Shown piece by piece: positions 58,069 through 64,000 of a stretch of DNA of 64,000 nt. The notes below the pieces were generated by a model. The model worked only from the letters and a program-made list of their open reading frames with translations, did not search any database and was not told where the DNA came from. Every line of letters begins with the position of its first letter. Positions within the stretch are counted from its first letter, which is position 1. The stretch comes from a virus (taxonomy: Duplodnaviria > Caudoviricetes). The DNA is taken from IMG/VR virus record IMGVR_UViG_3300048762_000252, positions 64,001-128,000 of that record, one strand, 5' to 3'. The position numbers were made by a program, and so were the translations under genes.

Positions 58069-58765
58069 AACCTATTCCTTGCGTAATATATCGACGCAAC
58101 TTTTCTATTATATCAAGTGTTAGCTCACTTTTCAATGTGTTAGCTTTGTGCGATATAACAGCCACATTGCCTTTTTCATATCCCTTCGTATTGTCAATTC
58201 GATCCAATGAAGGACTATAATTTGTCGATTGTTTGTCTGATGGACATAATTGAATGCCCAAAATAGGGCACCGTAATGGGATTACTATATCGGAGAGTTC
58301 AATCGTAAACGGTAATCCATATCGTTTAGCCCTGGCTTTAGCTGAATAATACAAACATCTTTCGGGGTGTTGTCGGCGCAGAATTTTGTTTCTTGCTCTG
58401 GTGGAGTCACTTCTCGATTTGGCACGCACAACATCAATATGAGCAATCCTCCAAAGGTTATTACTGACTTTATGTTTTTCACGACACACTCCACAAACGG
58501 TCAAATCATCAACAACAAGATTGAGTCCACAGTCAACACACAAACCTTTTGACTTCAATTCTTCTCTACGGCGTTTAGATATTTCTGCGTAACTCAAACC
58601 AGAATTTTTATTCTTACATTTAAGCGAACAAAATTGTCGATTGTTCTTAACTTGCCAGGGTTCAGCATAAAATATTGCTCCACACCGCCGACACTTTAGA
58701 GTTATTGTTGTTCGTTGACCGTTTTTTGATCCTTTTATCCTTCCCATAATATCCAAGAACCTCAT
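58049..58765 (-). CDS. HNH-like homing endonuclease
   Basis: CPILG...SPSLDRIDNTKGYEKGNVAVISHKANTLK; N-terminal Zn fingers. Confidence 0.85.
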   Translation of the reverse strand: MRFLDIMGRIKGSKNGQRTTITLKCRRCGAIFYAEPWQVKNNRQFCSLKCKNKNSGLSYAEISKRRREELKSKGLCVDCGLNLVVDDLTVCGVCREKHKVSNNLWRIAHIDVVRAKSRSDSTRARNKILRRQHPERCLYYSAKARAKRYGLPFTIELSDIVIPLRCPILGIQLCPSDKQSTNYSPSLDRIDNTKGYEKGNVAVISHKANTLKSELTLDIIEKLRRYITQGIGYATIGS

Positions 58766-58814
58766 CGTTTTTATTTATACAAACGATGATTTGTTAATGG
58801 ATATTTCCTTCTTT

Positions 58815-59825
58815 TCAAACAAACAACCCGCTTATCGATTCGTCGTCATGAATCGCCTTAATTGCCGAAGCAAAAATCGGCGCTACGCTCAATGTACGAA
58901 TCCTTGGAGACGATTTTTGTAGTGTAATTGGAATTGTATCCGTAAATAGAACTTCTTCTAACGGAGATTTCTCAATTTTTTCAACCGCAGTCATTCCGGC
59001 TTTGTCATCATACGAAAGCACACCATGAGTAGCAGCCGCACCCACCCATATTGCGCCACGATCTACAAGTGCCTGTGCGCCTTTACACAGCGTCCCGGCA
59101 GTGTCTACCATGTCATCAACCATAAGACACTTTCGTCCTCTTACATGGCCGATAACATTCATTACTTCACTTGTATTAGCAGCTTCTCGATACTTATCAA
59201 TAATCGCCAACGGCACGCCTAACTTCATTGCCATTAGTCTCGCACGAGTTACACCACCAGCATCCGGCGATACAATAGCCAAATTGTCGGTGCCATAATT
59301 TTTGCGAACATAATCTACAAAAATTGGCAAGGCATACAGGTTGTCTACTGGAATTTCAAAGAAGCCGCCAATGGAACCATTATGAAGATCCATCGTAAGC
59401 AACCGATCCACGCCAACACCTTCAAGCATGGTTGCTACTACCTTGGCCGATATTGGCACACGGGGCCTGTCCTTACGGTCTTGACGAGCATACCCGTAAT
59501 ACGGTATCACGGCTGTTGTTCTTGCAGCAGAAGCCCGCTTTAGAGCATCTGCAATCAACATAACCTGCATGAGATTGTCATTCGTAGGAGCGCATGTAGG
59601 CTGCACAATGAAGCAATCAGTGCCACGAACATTTTCACCAACTTCTACAAAGATCTCATCGTCCGCAAATTGCTTGATGGTGATTACTCCAGGTTTAATG
59701 GAAGTTGAAGCTGGCGCATCATACAATTTTCGATTTGGAAAAAACAGCGAAGTCAATTCTTTACAAATCGTTGTGGTGAATGCTGGATTTGCAGTCCCGC
59801 TGAATACTCGAAGATCTTGTGGCAT
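58815..59825 (-). CDS. prs: ribose-phosphate pyrophosphokinase (PRPP synthetase)
   Basis: PYYGYARQDRK, DLH, SPDAGG, VDDMVDTAGT. Confidence 0.95.
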   Translation of the reverse strand: MPQDLRVFSGTANPAFTTTICKELTSLFFPNRKLYDAPASTSIKPGVITIKQFADDEIFVEVGENVRGTDCFIVQPTCAPTNDNLMQVMLIADALKRASAARTTAVIPYYGYARQDRKDRPRVPISAKVVATMLEGVGVDRLLTMDLHNGSIGGFFEIPVDNLYALPIFVDYVRKNYGTDNLAIVSPDAGGVTRARLMAMKLGVPLAIIDKYREAANTSEVMNVIGHVRGRKCLMVDDMVDTAGTLCKGAQALVDRGAIWVGAAATHGVLSYDDKAGMTAVEKIEKSPLEEVLFTDTIPITLQKSSPRIRTLSVAPIFASAIKAIHDDESISGLFV

Positions 59826-59833
59826 TAAATTTA

Positions 59834-60052
59834 TTATTCCTCTTCGTCTTGCGCCAACATTGCGTTGTATAAGCGTCCACACTTCGGACATTTGTCCATT
59901 GGAACCCACAATAACGCTAATGATTCCTGTTTACAAAACTGGCAGCGATAGTTGTCTCCACATTTAATCTGATATAAGTGGTTCTGTCGGGAGATGCGCT
60001 CTGCCAGTTGCTCGCCCGTCTCCCGTTGAACCTGTATCTGATCGCTTTTCAT
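59834..60052 (-). CDS. small Zn-ribbon protein
   Basis: CxxC...CxxC. Confidence 0.55.
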   Translation of the reverse strand: MKSDQIQVQRETGEQLAERISRQNHLYQIKCGDNYRCQFCKQESLALLWVPMDKCPKCGRLYNAMLAQDEEE

Positions 60053-60222
60053 TACGCTTCGTGTTCCACGTAATGCAGATCTTCATGCGGATCTACTTCA
60101 ACGCTGGCTGGATACTGCACTTGACAAGACACGCACTTGAGGATGGTTGTTCCATCATCTTTGTGAATAACTTCCCAGTGAGCACAATCACCGCACTTAC
60201 AAATCAAAAGTTTCGCTTTCAT
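60052..60222 (-). CDS. small Zn-ribbon protein (56 aa, below ORF-track cutoff)
   Basis: MKAKLLICKCGDC...KCVSC; AGGAG RBS. Confidence 0.6.
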   Translation of the reverse strand: MKAKLLICKCGDCAHWEVIHKDDGTTILKCVSCQVQYPASVEVDPHEDLHYVEHEA

Positions 60223-60259
60223 TTAAGTTTTCTCCTTTCTTTAAAATTTGGATGTTATT

Positions 60260-61840
60260 TTATTCAGCATCAAGTAACCTTTTTGCATCTACGATATCTT
60301 CTTCCGTAGGCAAGGCAGGTTCTTGATCCATCCATTCGTTCGCACGAGCACGAACCGTCTCAAAAGATTCATGAATCAACATATCGCCATTACGGAAAAT
60401 CGGGCGAAGTAAGTTGCCTTTTGGTAAAGGCTCACCCTGCTTCAAAGTTTTGGTGACAAAACGATGTTCGCCGGTTTCTTTATCATATTCCTTGACCACC
60501 GCAAACCGACCAGCCTTACTGCCCTTACCAGGGTCCGTGATTGGGTCCTTCATAACTTCACGCCAATTGCCACTGGCATCAGTCAACGAAGATAACTTAA
60601 CGGCCATTTTCTGTGTGTCCCTAGTGGACGCCTGAAGCAATGCACCGCCCATACCAAAAGCAGCGATGTTATCGAGAGACCACTTTGCGCCTTCGGTGGC
60701 TGCGACCATGTTGTAGATCGCATCATAATCGTTTTTGTCACCCTGCAATGTGCGGACATGATTGAGAACACGATAACCCTTGGCATTGACGGTCCAACCG
60801 AATTTCTCGCCCAAAATCCACAAAAGTTTCATCATCGTGGGAATCGATTCGCCACTATCCGGGCGCACCACAACGATACCTTCACGTTCCACAACTTCTG
60901 TGTGCAACTCCGTGCCAAGGATCTTCTCTGCGAAGTCAAAAATGTTGTAACTATCGCCTACCATAGCGATAATTCCAGTAGGGCATTTATTCAAGATATC
61001 ACGCACCACTTCGACTTCAAGCTCACGCCCTCGCTGAGTCATGACACTGTGCTCTGTCGCACGCACAGAGTTACCCGGCATATAAGTGGGATCGCCATCT
61101 TTGTCCATCACGCCATCGCCGTAAAATTCATTTACATAGTCGATGGCTGGAACAGTATCAGTTCCCCTAAAATTGACTAAGTGAGCAGCGCCAGCAATTT
61201 CTGCGCTTTCTTCGGAACTTACACCACGGTAGCCGAAGTCATGCAACTTCCAGATGATGTCAGCTTCGGTGCCGCTTCGTTTCAATCCTTCATGTAGAAC
61301 GATTTTGCAGTGCTGTGAGAGTGTGCAAACCGTAATTGGATTCCAAGTTTTGAACATCAATGGCTCAATGTAACCTGGAAGCCAAGCGCAATTGGGATCG
61401 GTGTTGAAGTACGTCATCAACGGTGTCTGAACCGGCACACCTGTCTGGTTGCGATTTTTGGACTTTTTACTGAGACCTTCCGGCAGCGCCCAAACTTCCA
61501 ACGGCAGACGACCACCCAACTTTTCGGCAATGTACATCCAGCCGTCGTAGTTGAATACACCATCCATACCATAATATTGAGTATAGAACTTACGTGCTTT
61601 TTTCACCTGTTCTGGTGTGATAACCCGACCACAAAGATACTTCATGGCAAAGCCTTGAAAGCCAAATGGAATCATGGTCTGAAATTGCCCGCCTCGGCTG
61701 GTAAGGTAATCATAAGTCTGACTGATTCCAGGTTCGTAGAAAAGCCAGTGAGACGGCTTATATCCGTCTGTCTTTTTGGCAAAGATTCGTTCGCTTGGTC
61801 CACGTAAGATATGTGGAATTTCGGTCGCTGTTGCACTCAT
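60260..61840 (-). CDS. nadV: nicotinamide phosphoribosyltransferase (NAMPT/NadV)
   Basis: TDGYKPSH, LHDFGYRG, AHLVNFRGTDT, ATEHS, RPDSG, QGD, KDPITDPGK.SK.GR. Confidence 0.93.
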   Translation of the reverse strand: MSATATEIPHILRGPSERIFAKKTDGYKPSHWLFYEPGISQTYDYLTSRGGQFQTMIPFGFQGFAMKYLCGRVITPEQVKKARKFYTQYYGMDGVFNYDGWMYIAEKLGGRLPLEVWALPEGLSKKSKNRNQTGVPVQTPLMTYFNTDPNCAWLPGYIEPLMFKTWNPITVCTLSQHCKIVLHEGLKRSGTEADIIWKLHDFGYRGVSSEESAEIAGAAHLVNFRGTDTVPAIDYVNEFYGDGVMDKDGDPTYMPGNSVRATEHSVMTQRGRELEVEVVRDILNKCPTGIIAMVGDSYNIFDFAEKILGTELHTEVVEREGIVVVRPDSGESIPTMMKLLWILGEKFGWTVNAKGYRVLNHVRTLQGDKNDYDAIYNMVAATEGAKWSLDNIAAFGMGGALLQASTRDTQKMAVKLSSLTDASGNWREVMKDPITDPGKGSKAGRFAVVKEYDKETGEHRFVTKTLKQGEPLPKGNLLRPIFRNGDMLIHESFETVRARANEWMDQEPALPTEEDIVDAKRLLDAE

Positions 61841-63003
61841 TTTGCTCTATTCTCCTGTATCTCATTACGAATGTTTGATGACGAAACATCACGAAAATTC
61901 AATGGTTCCGTGACTTCTTTACAAAGCGCAGCAAACCGTTCCGGCAATCCGTCCACACCAGCATGATACACTCCGTTCACTTTTCGACCAAAAACCAAGA
62001 AACGGGTTCCACAATCCATAAAGGTTTTATAAACCTCATCTACATTTCCGTACTTAGGATTTACAATGCGAATTATTGTATCATACCCAACAAGAAATGT
62101 TGTGTTAGGAAAAATTCTAGCTTTCTCCGCAAAGGTGGGCGCATTTGTCAACCACACCCGCCGATCACCCACAGTCTTCAATCGCTCTTCAAGAGAAATA
62201 AAATCCAAGATCGGCTTGTCAGCATTACGGATGCTTAATTCGTAATCACAGCTACCAATACCATGCCGCTCCACATAAGCAGCCATTTCTTCATGACCGG
62301 CGTGCGCCGGATTGAAGCTGCCAGGGAGCAAGTATCGTGGCATATCACTCCGACCAAACGGTAGAAAAATGCCCATGTTTGGAGTGTAGGCCAACGCTTT
62401 GACTTTGCTGTCCAACAATTCCGGGAAGTAGCCGCTGTAAATTGAAGACTCCCGGCGTACAACATCAACAGCAGGAAGCGCCAAACGGCCTTCGATACCA
62501 CAACCTTCCGCCACCAGATTCAACAGCAAATCCGCATTGATGCCTTCTTCCCATTCACGGGTCTGAATGGCATTCCAAGGTGTGAACTTTTTCGGATCAA
62601 TCGTGACGGAAAGCGAAACTGTTTTGCTGCCAGTTTGGAGCGCTGCGTGGATGTAGTGAATACGTCCTTCCCGCTCATTAGGGGTCTTCTGGAGGGCCGA
62701 AGAGCAAGCCACACCAATGACCGGGGCATTGTCCGTTGATAGCGCCAACGCCTTCTGGTACGCAGCCATAGCCAATTGGCGAGTAGTCGCCTCACTGACG
62801 AACTTTTCCGGCTCCCCACCCAAAAGTTCCACCGTTTCGGTATTAGCATAAGGAACACGGGCGGAAAGAAGCGTGGCCGATCCACCACCACGCCTCAAAA
62901 GCATCGGAAGAACATCTGTGCCGCCACCAGTGATTATCAGCACAACTTTCGTGCTAGTTTTGTGAATCAGCGGTACTAATTCTTCTGGCGTCATCATTCT
63001 CAT
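61837..63003 (-). CDS. CinA-like domain fused to NMN adenylyltransferase-like (HxGH) domain
   Basis: TGGG...PY N-terminal domain; PGSFNPAHAGH, VGYDT, VSSSNIR. Confidence 0.8.
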   Translation of the reverse strand: MRMMTPEELVPLIHKTSTKVVLIITGGGTDVLPMLLRRGGGSATLLSARVPYANTETVELLGGEPEKFVSEATTRQLAMAAYQKALALSTDNAPVIGVACSSALQKTPNEREGRIHYIHAALQTGSKTVSLSVTIDPKKFTPWNAIQTREWEEGINADLLLNLVAEGCGIEGRLALPAVDVVRRESSIYSGYFPELLDSKVKALAYTPNMGIFLPFGRSDMPRYLLPGSFNPAHAGHEEMAAYVERHGIGSCDYELSIRNADKPILDFISLEERLKTVGDRRVWLTNAPTFAEKARIFPNTTFLVGYDTIIRIVNPKYGNVDEVYKTFMDCGTRFLVFGRKVNGVYHAGVDGLPERFAALCKEVTEPLNFRDVSSSNIRNEIQENRAK

Positions 63004-63085
63004 ATTTTCATACTTCAAATTCCAGTATGGCACAAATTCAGATTGTTGTCAATTTAGATGCGACATTGTGGGGCCGAGAGTACCA

Positions 63086-63421
63086 TCATTTAACTTGTCG
63101 CACGCTATCAAGCATCTTTCCGCATTCGGGACATTTGCCTTCGTCCGCAAGAGCCTGCACTTCCCGAATTTCTTCGGCTTCTTCAAGCTCTTCCTCGTCT
63201 TCGTCGCCAAAAGCGTTACCCATGAAGTCGATAAAGATTGCGCCTACACGCCTGCCCCAAGTGCCTTCATCTGATACATGAGCATAAACATTGTAGCAAC
63301 CATCTCCAAAACCCGTAGAGACACAGACGCCCAAACCCAAGGCTGGCAGGAAGACCTTCTGGTGTTTCACCGGGGTCGGCTTTATCTTTAATTCGTCTCG
63401 ATTCAATGTTGGTTTACTCAT
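63086..63421 (-). CDS. hypothetical protein
   Basis: TGtTATACT-6nt-ATG; STGFGDGCYNVY; C-terminal CPECG. Confidence 0.65.
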   Translation of the reverse strand: MSKPTLNRDELKIKPTPVKHQKVFLPALGLGVCVSTGFGDGCYNVYAHVSDEGTWGRRVGAIFIDFMGNAFGDEDEEELEEAEEIREVQALADEGKCPECGKMLDSVRQVK

Positions 63422-63518
63422 ACTTTCAGTATAACACAAATTGAAAGGTATAAATAAAACAGGCGACAGAAACGCTTTCCACGCTTTTGTCGCCCTAATC
63501 ACAACGGAGTGACCCGTC

Positions 63519-64000
63519 ATGCCTGAGCCTATTTATCAATCGACCAAAACTTTTGATGGAATTCCTTGTTCAAACTGTGGAGGAACATTACGATATATCA
63601 GTAATAAAAATTGTTATAAATGCGCTAAAGCACGACGAAAGAAATATCTTCAATCACCAAAAGGAAAAGCAACACGAAAAAATTATTATCTCTCTCCTAC
63701 ATACAAAGCATCCAGAAAATTATACCATCAAACAAATGGAAAAGAAATAAGACAAGAGACTGTACACCGATATAAAAATTCTTCAAAAGGAAAATTTACT
63801 TATGATCGGTGGCTTCGGTCTCAAGCAAGAAAAGAATATCTAAAATCATCAAAAGGAAAATCTGTTAAGGCAGTCGCAGCCCAAAAGCGACGAGCACTTA
63901 TTAAAAATATTGAAGGCTTCTATACGACTCAAGAATGGCTTGATCTTAAAGAACAATATGGCAACCGATGTTTATGTTGCGGACGACTTGGATCTGAATT
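63519..64000 (+). CDS. HNH homing endonuclease, 5' part (runs off the window)
   Basis: GGAG RBS; GIPCSNCGGTLRY Zn finger; RRALIKNIEGFYTTQEWLDLKEQYGNRCLCCG. Confidence 0.85.
   Translation, partial: MPEPIYQSTKTFDGIPCSNCGGTLRYISNKNCYKCAKARRKKYLQSPKGKATRKNYYLSPTYKASRKLYHQTNGKEIRQETVHRYKNSSKGKFTYDRWLRSQARKEYLKSSKGKSVKAVAAQKRRALIKNIEGFYTTQEWLDLKEQYGNRCLCCGRLGSE

Overview
64 kb from a large T4-like (myovirus-type) dsDNA phage, mostly encoded on the minus strand. Core genes: RNase H, primase gp61, helicase gp41, family-B DNA polymerase gp43 (intein), class II-type ribonucleotide reductase (intein), ThyX, and several conserved T4-like/virion genes. About 16 free-standing homing-endonuclease genes or remnants are interspersed, several decaying (frameshifts, one internal inversion). 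Accessory load is rich in counter-defence functions: a capsid-targeted Acb1-ParB fusion, a stand-alone JAB protease, a RelA/SpoT-type synthetase, an RNA ligase, and an NAD(P) salvage cluster (NMNAT-like, NAMPT, PRPP synthetase, NAD kinase). The most striking observation is a non-canonical tRNA-Gly-like gene (38736-38809) 4 nt upstream of a Mom-family DNA adenine-modifying GNAT under one promoter. Together with a degenerate GlyRS-like protein at 1290-1901, this suggests a dedicated glycyl-donor tRNA for DNA hypermodification. Many genes appear to be transcribed leaderless. All protein calls are from motif recognition by eye; no searches were run. Several starts were moved relative to the ORF track using promoter/RBS context.
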